Of a stretch of 39,668 nucleotides of DNA, positions 15,888-25,876 are shown piece after piece. The stretch spans positions 1-39,668 of the IMG/VR virus record IMGVR_UViG_3300045988_090415; one strand, given 5' to 3'. The position numbers and the translations under genes were made by a program. The stretch is from a virus. How positions within the stretch are numbered: position 1 is the first letter of the stretch; each line of letters starts with the position of its first letter. The notes under the pieces were generated by a model. The model ran no database searches. It was not told where the DNA came from and saw nothing but the letters and a program-made list of their open reading frames with translations.

Positions 15888-16547
15888 ATGAAATTTGAAG
15901 ATGCAAAAGTAGGTATGGAAGTTGTGGTTACAGGAGAACAGGCTGACCATTTCCCTGAAGGTGCAGTAATTGTTGATATAGACAAAAACGACTTCTCGGT
16001 TAAATTGGAAGGTGCATACGGGGTACATTTGTGGTTCTGGGATATTAACTCCCGTGAACCTAAATCGCACCGAAATGCTTATGATATGTCTGACATTCAT
16101 TTAAAAGATTGTGGCTTCAGAAAACTTCCCCCCACGACACACCTCCTTGCAGAATACTTAGGACTTGACCCTGAAAAAGTGAAGTGCTATGTAGACAAAG
16201 AAAACTCCATTATCAAGGTGAAACAGGGTGATGTAGAAGCAAAAGCTAAGAAGGCTCCTCAAGACAAATGGGATTTCCGTTTAGGCATGGGATTGGCTCT
16301 TTGTCGCCTGAAGGAAAAGCTGGCTGAACCTCGGAAACCTGCTTTTATGGAGCCGTGCCACTATATATTAAGAGATGGGGTAGTTAATTTCACGACTATG
16401 GGGCTTAGTGAATATTTCATTCAGGACTCTGTTATGTATGCCATGGGTAACGTCTTCAAAACACAGAAGGAAGCAGAAGACAATACTGAAGAAATGCTGA
16501 AACGGGCCAATATGGTTATTGAATTTTGCAAGAAGCAAGGGTGGTAA
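15888..16547 (+). CDS. Hypothetical protein (219 aa)
   Basis: AGGAGG RBS before ATG 15888. No recognisable motifs. Confidence 0.6.
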   Translation: MKFEDAKVGMEVVVTGEQADHFPEGAVIVDIDKNDFSVKLEGAYGVHLWFWDINSREPKSHRNAYDMSDIHLKDCGFRKLPPTTHLLAEYLGLDPEKVKCYVDKENSIIKVKQGDVEAKAKKAPQDKWDFRLGMGLALCRLKEKLAEPRKPAFMEPCHYILRDGVVNFTTMGLSEYFIQDSVMYAMGNVFKTQKEAEDNTEEMLKRANMVIEFCKKQGW

Positions 16548-16551
16548 CTAG

Positions 16552-16725
16552 ATGAATAAATATCGTGTTTGCATTAAATACAATCGGAACTCTACAGTCA
16601 TTGTGGAAGCTGACTCTATCGAAGAAGCTGAGACGATGGTAGACAAAGACCCCTTTGGATTCCCGTATGAAATGGATGAAGAGACACAAGAAGTTTATGT
16701 AGAGGAGGAATTAGGAAATGTCTAA
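16552..16725 (+). CDS. Hypothetical small acidic protein (57 aa)
   Basis: Below the ORF-track cutoff. My translation: MNKYRVCIKYNRNSTVIVEADSIEEAETMVDKDPFGFPYEMDEETQEVYVEEELGNV. It fills the gap exactly and overlaps the thyX start by 8 nt. Confidence 0.45.
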   Translation: MNKYRVCIKYNRNSTVIVEADSIEEAETMVDKDPFGFPYEMDEETQEVYVEEELGNV

Positions 16726-17296
16726 CGTACAACTGCTATCTATGACAGTTGACCCTTTAACTTTAATTCGTCGTGCCATGGGTGAATGTTATCAGCGTCC
16801 CCTTGGTGTAAAGACTGTGCAGAAAGCGATTGAGGCAGGACATTTGTCTGTCCTCGAACATTGCTATGCATCTTTTGAAATCACTGTATCTACGTCGGTA
16901 TTACTCCAACTTACTCGACATAGACACCTGTCCTTTACGGTGCAGAGTTCGAGAGGTTGTGAGCTGAAGACACATCACAAGACAGGTATCGAATATATCG
17001 ACAAACTGCTGGAGGAACACATGGCAGACTACGCTTATGTCTATCAGGAAGCAGTAAAGAAAGAAGATGCCGCTTACCTGTTGCCGAAGGGTGCTGAGTA
17101 TACCTTAGTAATCACTGGCAATTTCCGTGTGTGGTACGAATATCTACCCAAGCGTATGTGCAAGAGAGCGCAACAGGAACACAGACAGTTGGCTATGGAG
17201 ATTCAGAAGCAGTTGGCAAAGGCATGCCCTGAAATCTTTGATAGGGACTTCATGAAGTGTGATATGTGTACAGAAAGGAGCTGTTCGTTTAGCTAA
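16718..17296 (+). CDS. thyX: Flavin-dependent thymidylate synthase
   Basis: ThyX signature RHRHLSFTVQSSR (RHRxxSxxxxSxR), preceded by LSVLEH. Confidence 0.88.
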   Translation: MSNVQLLSMTVDPLTLIRRAMGECYQRPLGVKTVQKAIEAGHLSVLEHCYASFEITVSTSVLLQLTRHRHLSFTVQSSRGCELKTHHKTGIEYIDKLLEEHMADYAYVYQEAVKKEDAAYLLPKGAEYTLVITGNFRVWYEYLPKRMCKRAQQEHRQLAMEIQKQLAKACPEIFDRDFMKCDMCTERSCSFS

Positions 17297-18051
17297 TGAT
17301 GAATTTGATTTTTGATGCTGACATGCTCCTCTTTGTCTCCTTACTAGAATGTGAGAAGCCTGTACATTGGGGTAATGATATCTGGACACTACACTGTGAT
17401 ATGAGGGAAGCCACTACATACTTCTCGAACTTTGCAAAGGAGCTGTCGGATAAAATCCTTGACCACTATAAGTACAAAGGTGAGTACCGATGGTTCATGT
17501 GTCTCACAGACAAAGATCATGTCAACTTCAGGAATGAAGAAGTATTCAGAGACTACAAGGGGAATCGAACGGGTAAGCGAAGACCTATCTGCTTTAATCC
17601 CATGCGTGAATGGATACGTGAAAACTTTGTCTGCTACATGGAACCTCATTTAGAGGCAGATGATTGTTGTGGCCTTCTGACAAAAGAGCTTGAAGGTGAC
17701 TATGTTCTCGTTAGTGGGGACAAAGACTTTCGGTCTATTGAAGGAAAGTTCTATGATTTTATGCGAAATGAATACTTTGAAACAACAAAGGAAGATGCCC
17801 GTCGCTGGCATTTGAAGCAGACAATCATGGGTGACACCACAGATAACTATAAAGGTGCTTCTGGATTTGGTGAGGTAAAGACAACACGCCTTCTGGAGGA
17901 GCTTGGTTATACGTGGGATACAGTTTTAAGAGCCTACAAAGGAGATGCCGAGGAAGCTCTGAAGAACGCCCGTCTTGCTTACATCTTGCATGAAAAGGGG
18001 GACTACGATTGGAAAACAGGGTCTATCAGGCTTTGGGAACCCGATTCATAG
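17296..18051 (+). CDS. T7 gp6-like 5'-3' exonuclease (FEN/PIN fold)
   Basis: Acidic clusters IFDADMLLF, HLEADDCCG and VSGDKDFRSI. Syntenic position. Confidence 0.8.
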   Translation: MMNLIFDADMLLFVSLLECEKPVHWGNDIWTLHCDMREATTYFSNFAKELSDKILDHYKYKGEYRWFMCLTDKDHVNFRNEEVFRDYKGNRTGKRRPICFNPMREWIRENFVCYMEPHLEADDCCGLLTKELEGDYVLVSGDKDFRSIEGKFYDFMRNEYFETTKEDARRWHLKQTIMGDTTDNYKGASGFGEVKTTRLLEELGYTWDTVLRAYKGDAEEALKNARLAYILHEKGDYDWKTGSIRLWEPDS

Positions 18052-18098
18052 TACAATATGGGGAAACCGTAGAAAGAGCTTATGAAGTCGCTGAGCGA

Positions 18099-18500
18099 AT
18101 GTGGGAACTTAGACACAATAATTCACTATGCGAAAAGTTTGCTGATAAAGATTGTATATGGATGACCATTAGTGAGCTGAATAAGACAAAGAACATTGCC
18201 TACTTCTACACTGAAGACGGTGATTTTGTAGGTGCAGTCGCTTTTGTCTTGAATACAAATTTTGCATGGTGGGCCGATAACTTGAGGGTACTTGAGGAGG
18301 TCTTTGTTGTGTCTATGAATCCTAAGTATGCTGGGTTTGGCAGGATTGCGGCGCAGTTCCTCAAGGACATGAGTGATGCCAATGATTGCGCCTTTGTCTA
18401 CGCAGGAGCATTTCTTGGTAAAAATAATAGCTACACGAAGGTGGGGTACTCTAAGTCGTACCCTACTTTTGTCTATATGGGAGGTGCTGGAGATGCATAA
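18099..18500 (+). CDS. Hypothetical protein, possibly GNAT-like acetyltransferase
   Basis: The segment VVSMNPKYAGFGRIAAQFL resembles GNAT motif A. The start is uncertain; the tracked ORF starts at TTG 18009, overlapping the exonuclease gene. Confidence 0.3.
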   Translation: MWELRHNNSLCEKFADKDCIWMTISELNKTKNIAYFYTEDGDFVGAVAFVLNTNFAWWADNLRVLEEVFVVSMNPKYAGFGRIAAQFLKDMSDANDCAFVYAGAFLGKNNSYTKVGYSKSYPTFVYMGGAGDA

Positions 18501-18675
18501 AGACGACATATTAGCAGATTTGGAACTTATGACTTCCCCTGAACTCGTGGGGTGTCTTAGAGAATATTTTGATGTAGACTACTTCTTAACTACTTCTATT
18601 ACGGAAGACAAACTACCTTCATATATGAGAGGTGTCTACGCAGTAATTAATTTATTAGAAAGGGTTGGTGATTAA
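18493..18675 (+). CDS. Hypothetical protein (60 aa)
   Basis: GGGAGGTG RBS before ATG 18493. The upstream part of the tracked ORF overlaps the previous gene. Confidence 0.45.
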   Translation: MHKDDILADLELMTSPELVGCLREYFDVDYFLTTSITEDKLPSYMRGVYAVINLLERVGD

Positions 18676-18970
18676 TTTGAGTGGTGGTATTGGTAGAGCC
18701 TTTAAGAAAGTCGTATCTGCCCCCTTTAAGGCTGTAGGTAAAGTCCTTGGTGTAGGGGGTTCTCAGAATGTCACTGTGTCTGCTCCCGATGTATCAGGCG
18801 CACAGGTAGTTCCTAGTACGGCTTCTCCTGTTCCCGAAGCTCCCGTATTAGGTACAGAGAACACGACACAGGATAAGGTTAAGAAAAAGAAGGGTAAATC
18901 CCGTCTGCTTATCAACAGTGACAGTTCCCCCTCTTCTGGAAGCTCTAGCTATAGTGGGTTAAATATCTAA
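18665..18970 (+). CDS. Small virion/tail-associated protein resembling T7 gp7.3
   Basis: Gly/Lys-rich N-terminus, basic KKKKGK patch and a C-terminus ...SSSYSGLNI similar to the gp7.3 ending (...SSGGGINI, from memory). Non-ATG start, uncertain. Confidence 0.4.
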   Translation: MVINLSGGIGRAFKKVVSAPFKAVGKVLGVGGSQNVTVSAPDVSGAQVVPSTASPVPEAPVLGTENTTQDKVKKKKGKSRLLINSDSSPSSGSSSYSGLNI

Positions 18971-20488
18971 ATGGATATTACAATTCAAGAGCTACAGGAA
19001 CAGGGAGCAAAGAAGACATATAATAGGTTGAAGAATGACAGACAGCCATATATCCAGCGTGCTGTGGATTGTGCAAAGGTTACGATTCCGTCATTATTCC
19101 CTGAGGAGAATGATGATAAAAGTAAGAATTATGACACACCATATCAGTCTGTAGGCGCACGAGGTATTAACAATCTGGCTTCTAAGCTCATACTTGCCTT
19201 GATGCCTCCAAACAGTCCATTTTTCCGCTTGGGAATGTCGGATGAAGTTTTGTCTGAATACATGGCACAGGGACAAGAAGACACAAAAGCTCAGGTAGAA
19301 CAGGCCCTTATGCAGATTGAGAATAGAATCATGAAGTATATTGAGTCTAATCAGATTAGAGTTACTGTGTTAGAAGCTTTAAAGCAGTGTATTGTTGCTG
19401 GCAATGCCTTGTTATTCCTTCCACCTGCCGAGGGTGGTATTAAGATGTACCGTCTGAGCAATTATGTCATTCAGAGGGATGGCCTTGGTAACGTCATTCA
19501 GATTGTTACATTAGACAAAGTGGCCTACTCGACACTGGACGTTACGGTTCAGAATTTGATTAAGACCGAAAAGAAGCCTGAAGACCTCATCGAAGTATAC
19601 ACACATGTATGTCGGAGTGGCGACCAGTTCTTGGCGTATCAGGAAGTAGAAGACACACCGATTCAGGGTAGCCAGCAGAGTTACCCCATACTAAAAACTC
19701 CTTACTTACCTATTCGCATGGTAAAAATGGATGGTGAGTCTTACGGGCGTTCCTTTGTTGAAGAATATCTCGGTGACTTAAAGTCCCTTGAGAACTTGTC
19801 TAAAGCAATCTTCAAGCTGTCTACGATTGCGGCTAATATCTACTTCCTTGTCAATCCTAATGGAGTAACACGGGCGAAGAAGCTGGAGAACGCTACTAGT
19901 GGTGACTTCATCTCAGGGCGTATCGAAGATATTGGCGTATTACAGCTTGAGAAATACTATGACTTCAACACAACAAAACAGACGGCAGATGCAATCGAAG
20001 CCCGTTTGTCTTATGCGTTTCTTTTGTCTTCTGTGGTACAGCGTAATGCTGAACGAGTCACCGCAGAGGAAGTACGCACGGTAGCTGGAGAACTGGAAGA
20101 CACATTAGGTGGTGTCTACTCCATTTTGTCTCAGGAATTACAGTTACCTCTTGTACGTAGAATCATGAATCAGCTCCAGAGCACAGGTGAGGTTCCGAAC
20201 TTACCTGAAGGCACAGTGGAACCGACAATTACAACTGGTTTGGATGCCTTAGGACGAGGACACGATTTAGAGAAGTATGCTACGGTATTGAACTTGGTGT
20301 CTCAGATTCCCAATGCTCAGGCTATGATTAATTGGAATGTTATGCTCCTGAATATGTTCACGGGGGCAGGTGTCGAAACAGAAGGACTCGTAAAGACACA
20401 GGAACAGATTGAAGAAGAGCAACAAATGGCTATGGGGCAGGAAATGGCGATGCAAGCTATGTCTCAGCCAGAACAACAAGGAGGTTAA
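18971..20488 (+). CDS. Portal (head-tail connector) protein, T7 gp8-like
   Basis: 505 aa, immediately upstream of scaffold and capsid. Size and synteny. Confidence 0.8.
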   Translation: MDITIQELQEQGAKKTYNRLKNDRQPYIQRAVDCAKVTIPSLFPEENDDKSKNYDTPYQSVGARGINNLASKLILALMPPNSPFFRLGMSDEVLSEYMAQGQEDTKAQVEQALMQIENRIMKYIESNQIRVTVLEALKQCIVAGNALLFLPPAEGGIKMYRLSNYVIQRDGLGNVIQIVTLDKVAYSTLDVTVQNLIKTEKKPEDLIEVYTHVCRSGDQFLAYQEVEDTPIQGSQQSYPILKTPYLPIRMVKMDGESYGRSFVEEYLGDLKSLENLSKAIFKLSTIAANIYFLVNPNGVTRAKKLENATSGDFISGRIEDIGVLQLEKYYDFNTTKQTADAIEARLSYAFLLSSVVQRNAERVTAEEVRTVAGELEDTLGGVYSILSQELQLPLVRRIMNQLQSTGEVPNLPEGTVEPTITTGLDALGRGHDLEKYATVLNLVSQIPNAQAMINWNVMLLNMFTGAGVETEGLVKTQEQIEEEQQMAMGQEMAMQAMSQPEQQGG

Positions 20489-20491
20489 TGA

Positions 20492-21211
20492 ATGGAACAG
20501 GAAAATGTTCAGGAACAAGTACAGCGGGAGAATGTACAGGTGACTGAAAACACAGGGATGGAAGTTGAAGTTGTCCCTGAAGACACAACAACAACTACAG
20601 AAGCTCCTGAAGAGCAGGCCCCTGAGCCTAATGGACAGGATGTAGACGATAATGTACAGAAACGAGTAGATGCACAGACACAGGCGAATGAAGACCTGAA
20701 GAATGACTTGGAATCTAAGGGCGTTAATTGGGCTGACCTTGAGAAAACCTATACAGAGAAAGGTGAACTCACGGCAGAACAGTTACAGAGCCTTGAAAAA
20801 GCAGGCTATCCGAAGTCTGTTGTCGATGCATATATCCGTGGTATGGAAGCTGAATATGATCGTCTTGCTCGACACGTAGTAGAAAGTGCAGGTGGTCAGG
20901 AAGAGTTTATTAAATTACAGACCTTTGCTTCTCAGCAGAACGCCGACTATAAAAAGATGTGGAATGACACTATGAACAGTGGTAACGTAATGGCGATTCA
21001 AACGATGCTCAGAGGTATTAAGGCAGACATGGTACAGACCATGGGTTCTAGTAATCCCACAATTATGGGTGGTAGTGGCGCTGTGTCTACTAATGTTGGT
21101 TTTAATTCTAAGCAAGAAATGGTAACGGCTATGGCTGACCCTCGATATGGGAAAGACAAGTCGTATACCCGTGAAATTGAACAGAAAGTTATTAATTCTA
21201 AATTATTTTAA
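20492..21211 (+). CDS. Capsid scaffolding protein, gp9-like
   Basis: Acidic, low-complexity 239-aa protein between portal and capsid. Confidence 0.7.
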   Translation: MEQENVQEQVQRENVQVTENTGMEVEVVPEDTTTTTEAPEEQAPEPNGQDVDDNVQKRVDAQTQANEDLKNDLESKGVNWADLEKTYTEKGELTAEQLQSLEKAGYPKSVVDAYIRGMEAEYDRLARHVVESAGGQEEFIKLQTFASQQNADYKKMWNDTMNSGNVMAIQTMLRGIKADMVQTMGSSNPTIMGGSGAVSTNVGFNSKQEMVTAMADPRYGKDKSYTREIEQKVINSKLF

Positions 21212-21227
21212 AGGAGATTGATAAATT

Positions 21228-22217
21228 ATGGCATTAGCAAACATTTCCCAGCCGGGTCTTAATCAGGGTCAGGCAGATGCATTAGCAGGTTTTCTTAAAG
21301 TATTTTCTGGTGAAGTTATTTCCGCATTTGAACGTTCTGCCTTGGCAGTCAACAATCATTTGATGCGTACTATTTCCTCTGGTAAGTCCGCTTCCTTCCC
21401 TGTAATGGGTCGTGCAAAAGCCGCTTACTTGGGTGCTGGTCAGTCCTTGGATGAAATTCGTGAAGCTATTCCGCATAACGAAAAGATTATTGGCATTGAC
21501 GGTTTGCTGACCTCCGATCAGATGGTAACAGACATTTACGAAGCTATGTCGCACTTTGACGTCCGTAACGAATACTCTAAGCAGATGGGTGAAGCCTTGG
21601 CTGTGTCTGCTGATGGTGCTATCCTTGCTGAAATCGCTAAACTGGCTGTTGAACAGAAGGAAAATATTACGGGACTTGGCAAAGGTGTCATCTTAGACAA
21701 AAAGCTTACCTCTACGGATATTGGTATCACCGAAGCAGAAGGCAAGATGATTGTTCAGATGCTTCTGGAGCTGAAGGCTAAATTCTCTAACCAGTATGTA
21801 CCTGCTACGGAACGCTATGTCTACATGAAGCCTGACGGTGTGGCCGCTCTGGTAGCTTCTTGGAGTGCTATCAACCGCGACTTTGGTGCTGTTGGTACTT
21901 TGACTGATGGTAACATTACTAAGATTGCTGGCTTCAATATCATCGAAGTTCCTCACCTTACGGATGGTGGTGCAGATGGCACTCATGTCTTGCGTTCTGG
22001 CACAGCTCATGACTTCCCGTCGGCCTATAAAGACAAATGTGTCTTTGTTGCCGCTCATCATACGGCCGTGGGTACAGTTAAGTTGAAAGACCTTGCAGTA
22101 GAAACTGGCCGTCGTATCGAATATCAGGCAACTCAGCTTGTCGCTAAATACTCCATGGGCCATGGTGGTCTTCGTCCTGAAGCTACGGCAATTGGTTGTA
22201 TTTCTGCTAGTGAATGA
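21228..22217 (+). CDS. Major capsid protein, T7 gp10-like
   Basis: FLKVFSGEVISAFERS...MRTISSGKSASFPVMGRAKAAYLGAGQSLDE parallels T7 FLKVFGGEVLTAFARTS...VRSISSGKSAQFPVLGRTQAAYLAPGENLDD. Confidence 0.93.
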   Translation: MALANISQPGLNQGQADALAGFLKVFSGEVISAFERSALAVNNHLMRTISSGKSASFPVMGRAKAAYLGAGQSLDEIREAIPHNEKIIGIDGLLTSDQMVTDIYEAMSHFDVRNEYSKQMGEALAVSADGAILAEIAKLAVEQKENITGLGKGVILDKKLTSTDIGITEAEGKMIVQMLLELKAKFSNQYVPATERYVYMKPDGVAALVASWSAINRDFGAVGTLTDGNITKIAGFNIIEVPHLTDGGADGTHVLRSGTAHDFPSAYKDKCVFVAAHHTAVGTVKLKDLAVETGRRIEYQATQLVAKYSMGHGGLRPEATAIGCISASE

Positions 22218-22230
22218 TAGATGATTTGTT

Positions 22231-22266
22231 GAGGGGGTTCTTATGGACTCCCTCTTATTTTTATTA
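22231..22266 (+). terminator. Hairpin terminator after the capsid gene (T-phi analogue)
   Basis: GAGGGGGTTC (22231-22240) pairs with GGACTCCCTC (22245-22254) including two G-U pairs, with loop TTAT, followed by TTATTTTTATTA. Confidence 0.6.
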
Positions 22267-22278
22267 TGGAGGCTTACA

Positions 22279-22842
22279 ATGATTATTACACCTTTGACTG
22301 AACTAGATGCCGTCAACGAAATTCTGACCTCTATTGGTTCCGACGGTGTTGTCACCTTGGAGGAGATTGAGCAAAACATTGACGCTTCTGTAGCAGACAA
22401 AATGTTGAAAGCTGTAAGTCAGGAAATACAGCAAGAAGGCTGGGATTTCAATACAATTCCTACACTTACATTGAGTCCTGACGTAAATACAGGGCGTATA
22501 AAATGGGACGCCTCACTGTTGAGAGTACCGAATACTTATAGGAACCGTGGGGGTTTCTTTTTCAATGTGTCTGATTATACGGATAAGTTCACGGAAAATC
22601 TTGTGCTTACTAATGTAGTACAAGAGCTACCCTTTGAAGAACTGCCAGCCGTCTTTCGTAAATATGTAATCGTGAAGGCTTCTTTGTCTTTCGCTACTCG
22701 GTTTCTGGGAGACACAGAGTTAGAGCAGTCCCTCAATACAGAGCTTGCTAAAGCATATGCGGATGTAATGACCTATGAGTTAGACACACAGAAACCGAAT
22801 GTCTTTAATAATACGTCTGTAACTGAGGTGGGCACACGATGA
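22279..22842 (+). CDS. Tail tubular protein A, gp11-like
   Basis: GGAGG RBS before ATG 22279. TELDAVNEILTSIG...QQEGWDFNT parallels T7 gp11 AELSAVNDILASIG...QSRGWTFNI. Confidence 0.85.
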   Translation: MIITPLTELDAVNEILTSIGSDGVVTLEEIEQNIDASVADKMLKAVSQEIQQEGWDFNTIPTLTLSPDVNTGRIKWDASLLRVPNTYRNRGGFFFNVSDYTDKFTENLVLTNVVQELPFEELPAVFRKYVIVKASLSFATRFLGDTELEQSLNTELAKAYADVMTYELDTQKPNVFNNTSVTEVGTR

Positions 22843-25157
22843 GTAATATAACACAGCGTATTGATAGCTTTATCGAGGGGGTATCCCAACAGTCACCTCG
22901 CTTACGACACGCCGAACAGCTAGAGGAGCAGATTAACGGCTACAGTACAGAAGCAGGAGGACTTCAGAAAAGACCCCCGACTATAAATCATGGGAAATTA
23001 TTTACGGCTGAAGGGGTTCCGTACTATGCACATTTAATTAATCGTGATGAGACAGAAAGATACATCGTGCTTATCTCTTCAGGAAAAATTCGTGTCTTTA
23101 CTCTGGATGGCATAGAGAAAAAAGTGGAGATGCAGGATGCAAATTATATCGGAAATATCACAAAGCCCTACACTCAACTGAGAGTTGTCACTGTTGCTGA
23201 CTATACCTTTGTCTTAAATAAAACGGTCAAAGTTAGGATGTCTGGAAATAGAACAGAAGACACAATGGCCTCACAGGGGTGTCTCCTTAATGTCAAACAG
23301 GGGCAGTATGGGAGAACGTACAAAGTGTGGATTAATGGACAGGAAGTAGCCTCATACGAAACTCCGAATGGCTCCAATGTAGATCATGTGAAGAATATCG
23401 CAACAGACTATATTCGTGACCAACTCGCCTCTCAGATTCGCAGTAAGGGGTGGACAGTAGACACAGGTAGTTCATGGTTGAGAGTCCGTGGAAACATTAC
23501 GAGTGTAGACACAGCAGACTCTTTTAACAATCTTGCCTTAGTGGGTATTACTTCCTACACCAACAAATTCACTAACTTGCCTGCTTCAGCTCCAGACGGC
23601 TATACCGTATTGGTTCGTGGGGAAGCTAATGCGGATGACAACTACTATGTCAAATACTCTGCTTCTGAGCGTATCTGGAAGGAAACCGTAAAGACTGGGA
23701 TTGACAACACCATAAATAACACCACAATGCCACATGCCTTGATACGTAAGGAAGATGGCACATTTGTCTTCAAACCCCTCGAATGGGAACCACGTAAGAC
23801 AGGGGATGAGGATTCCAATGAAGAACCTTCTTTTGTCAATAACAGTATTAACGACCTGTTCTTCTATAGAAATAGGCTTGGCTTTTTGTCTGGGGAGAAT
23901 ATCATTTTGTCTTCTTCCTCTGACTTATTCAATTTCTGGATGCAGAGTGTAGTGGATGTGCAGGATGATGATACAATAGACACAAATGCACCAAACAATA
24001 AAGTATCCATTTTGTATAACGCTATTCCCTTCTCAGGTTCACTGTACATATTCTCAGGGCAGACACAGTTTGCTCTCACTTCAGATGGTACTTTGTCTCC
24101 TAAGAACGCTCGATTAGACAGCATTACTGAGTTCACTTCAGACACAGATGTAATTCCTGTTGGTGCAGGTAACTCTGTGTACTTTGTCTCTAAGAGGGCA
24201 GATTTTGCGTCTATCAATGAGTATCGAGTAGCACAGTATTATACCGACACCAAAGATGCCGAAGATGTCACAGCACATGTCCCTTATTATATCCCCAATG
24301 ATGTATACAAAATGACAGGGAGTTCAAATGATGACCTGTTATTCGTAATGACTACAGCGGAACCCAATGCCCTATATGTCTATAAGTATCTTTACTTGAA
24401 TGGGAATCGGGTGCAAAGTGCGTGGTCTAAATGGATATTCTCAGGGGAAATCTTAGGAGCTGACTTCATAGGCTCTACCTTGTATATGGCAGTAAAGTAT
24501 GCGAATAATGAAGTATACTTGGAATCTATCACAATGAGCTATAATACAGAGGACTACAGAGAAACTGAGCAGTTCAGAGTAATGCTGGATAGAAAGACAG
24601 AAGTAACACTGACGACAGATAACTGTGAAGACAAACAGGATGGTTATTTGTACCTGAATGTTGATAAGGTCTTCAAGGGGTTGTCTGGTATTGTTCAGTG
24701 TGTTACAGAAGACGGTCTTCTATTTGAATCAGACACAACGACACTAAAGTTGTTGAAAGGCGCTAGTGTAGATTTTGGACACAAGGTTATCGTGGGTATC
24801 CTGTATACTTTTGAAATCACACTGTCTACTATTTATTTGAAACAGAAAGACCAACAAGGCTCCACAGTGTCTTCACCTGATTATCGCTTAATGCTCCGTA
24901 CAGTATTCTTTGACTATGCAGAGTCGGGATACATGAAAGTAATAGTGAATGGTAAATACCAGTATATTTTGACAAACAAACGGGCTTCTTTGTATAAACT
25001 GAGTACATCTGGATTTGGAACAGGGACATTTAAGGTTCCTGTGCGAAAACGCAACGTAGACACAGTTATTAAGGTAATCAATGACACTCCGCTTCCTTTG
25101 TCTATCATTGGAGGTGGGTATGAAGCTAATTATACCGCTCGATTCAAGAATGTTTAA
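22839..25157 (+). CDS. Tail tubular protein B, gp12-like
   Basis: 772 aa, syntenic with T7 gp12. Start overlaps the gp11-like stop (ATGA). Confidence 0.75.
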   Translation: MSNITQRIDSFIEGVSQQSPRLRHAEQLEEQINGYSTEAGGLQKRPPTINHGKLFTAEGVPYYAHLINRDETERYIVLISSGKIRVFTLDGIEKKVEMQDANYIGNITKPYTQLRVVTVADYTFVLNKTVKVRMSGNRTEDTMASQGCLLNVKQGQYGRTYKVWINGQEVASYETPNGSNVDHVKNIATDYIRDQLASQIRSKGWTVDTGSSWLRVRGNITSVDTADSFNNLALVGITSYTNKFTNLPASAPDGYTVLVRGEANADDNYYVKYSASERIWKETVKTGIDNTINNTTMPHALIRKEDGTFVFKPLEWEPRKTGDEDSNEEPSFVNNSINDLFFYRNRLGFLSGENIILSSSSDLFNFWMQSVVDVQDDDTIDTNAPNNKVSILYNAIPFSGSLYIFSGQTQFALTSDGTLSPKNARLDSITEFTSDTDVIPVGAGNSVYFVSKRADFASINEYRVAQYYTDTKDAEDVTAHVPYYIPNDVYKMTGSSNDDLLFVMTTAEPNALYVYKYLYLNGNRVQSAWSKWIFSGEILGADFIGSTLYMAVKYANNEVYLESITMSYNTEDYRETEQFRVMLDRKTEVTLTTDNCEDKQDGYLYLNVDKVFKGLSGIVQCVTEDGLLFESDTTTLKLLKGASVDFGHKVIVGILYTFEITLSTIYLKQKDQQGSTVSSPDYRLMLRTVFFDYAESGYMKVIVNGKYQYILTNKRASLYKLSTSGFGTGTFKVPVRKRNVDTVIKVINDTPLPLSIIGGGYEANYTARFKNV

Positions 25158-25171
25158 TAGGAGGTGATTCT

Positions 25172-25876
25172 ATGGGTTTTGCTTCAACTGCTATGGGAGC
25201 GACACAGCTAGGGTTGAATCTAGTTGGGGACTATATGTCTTGGAAAGACCAAAAAGAAAATGCAAAAGCACAAGCGAGGGCCTTGTCTCAGCAAGCAAAC
25301 GCAGTAGGCAAGAACTTAGCGTATACTTTCCAAAATTATGAATTACAGCGTGTGGATGCTTTTGATTCTGCTGTGAATAGTCTTATGAAGGTACAGACAA
25401 ATGCTCTCGGTCTTGAGTCTTCTGTACGTGCGGCTATCAATGAAGAAACGGGCGGGGACTCTCGTACTGGTAGGGCTTTGCAAAGAGCGGCTCATGCGGA
25501 TGCATTGCGAACTGTGTCTGGCATTAAGGATGTCTATGAAAGACAGTCAGATGAAATTAGTCTCAATAAAGAAGCCGCTAAAAGGTCTGCTATGGATGGA
25601 ATCGCAAATATCAAGGCGCAAGCTCCGCAGATGCCTAGTTATTGGTCTTTGCTGGGTAATATTGCTGGAGACACACTAAACGTCTACAATTCCTATCAGA
25701 ACGCCTTGAACTCTGCTCAGTCTCAGGGGATGGAATTAGATACGTGGTGGAGAGCGCAGAATAGGTATGACACAAACCCCTATGCATATCGTAACAACTA
25801 CCAGTATCACTTTAATCTTCCTACATACGTAAATACATTGCCCACAACATGGACATATCCGAAAGGAGGACGATAA
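25172..25876 (+). CDS. Internal virion protein (gp13/gp14 analogue)
   Basis: 234 aa, first of three genes in the T7 internal-core position. AGGAGGTG RBS. Confidence 0.55.
   Translation: MGFASTAMGATQLGLNLVGDYMSWKDQKENAKAQARALSQQANAVGKNLAYTFQNYELQRVDAFDSAVNSLMKVQTNALGLESSVRAAINEETGGDSRTGRALQRAAHADALRTVSGIKDVYERQSDEISLNKEAAKRSAMDGIANIKAQAPQMPSYWSLLGNIAGDTLNVYNSYQNALNSAQSQGMELDTWWRAQNRYDTNPYAYRNNYQYHFNLPTYVNTLPTTWTYPKGGR

Noticed and set aside
22150-22266. A T7-like programmed -1 frameshift producing a longer minor capsid protein (10B analogue).
   Set aside because: Both alternative frames hit stop codons almost immediately after the capsid stop (TGA TAG at 22215-22220), and the terminator hairpin follows directly. 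No extended frame is available.
21693-22400. 235-aa minus-strand ORF. Similar long antisense ORFs occur at 13397-14065, 30135-30902, 35340-35933, 8340-8810 and 14362-14820.
   Set aside because: All lie antisense to genes with strong homology-type signatures (capsid, NrdD, gp16, endolysin, SSB, DNA polymerase), lack RBSs and have odd compositions. They are typical shadow ORFs.
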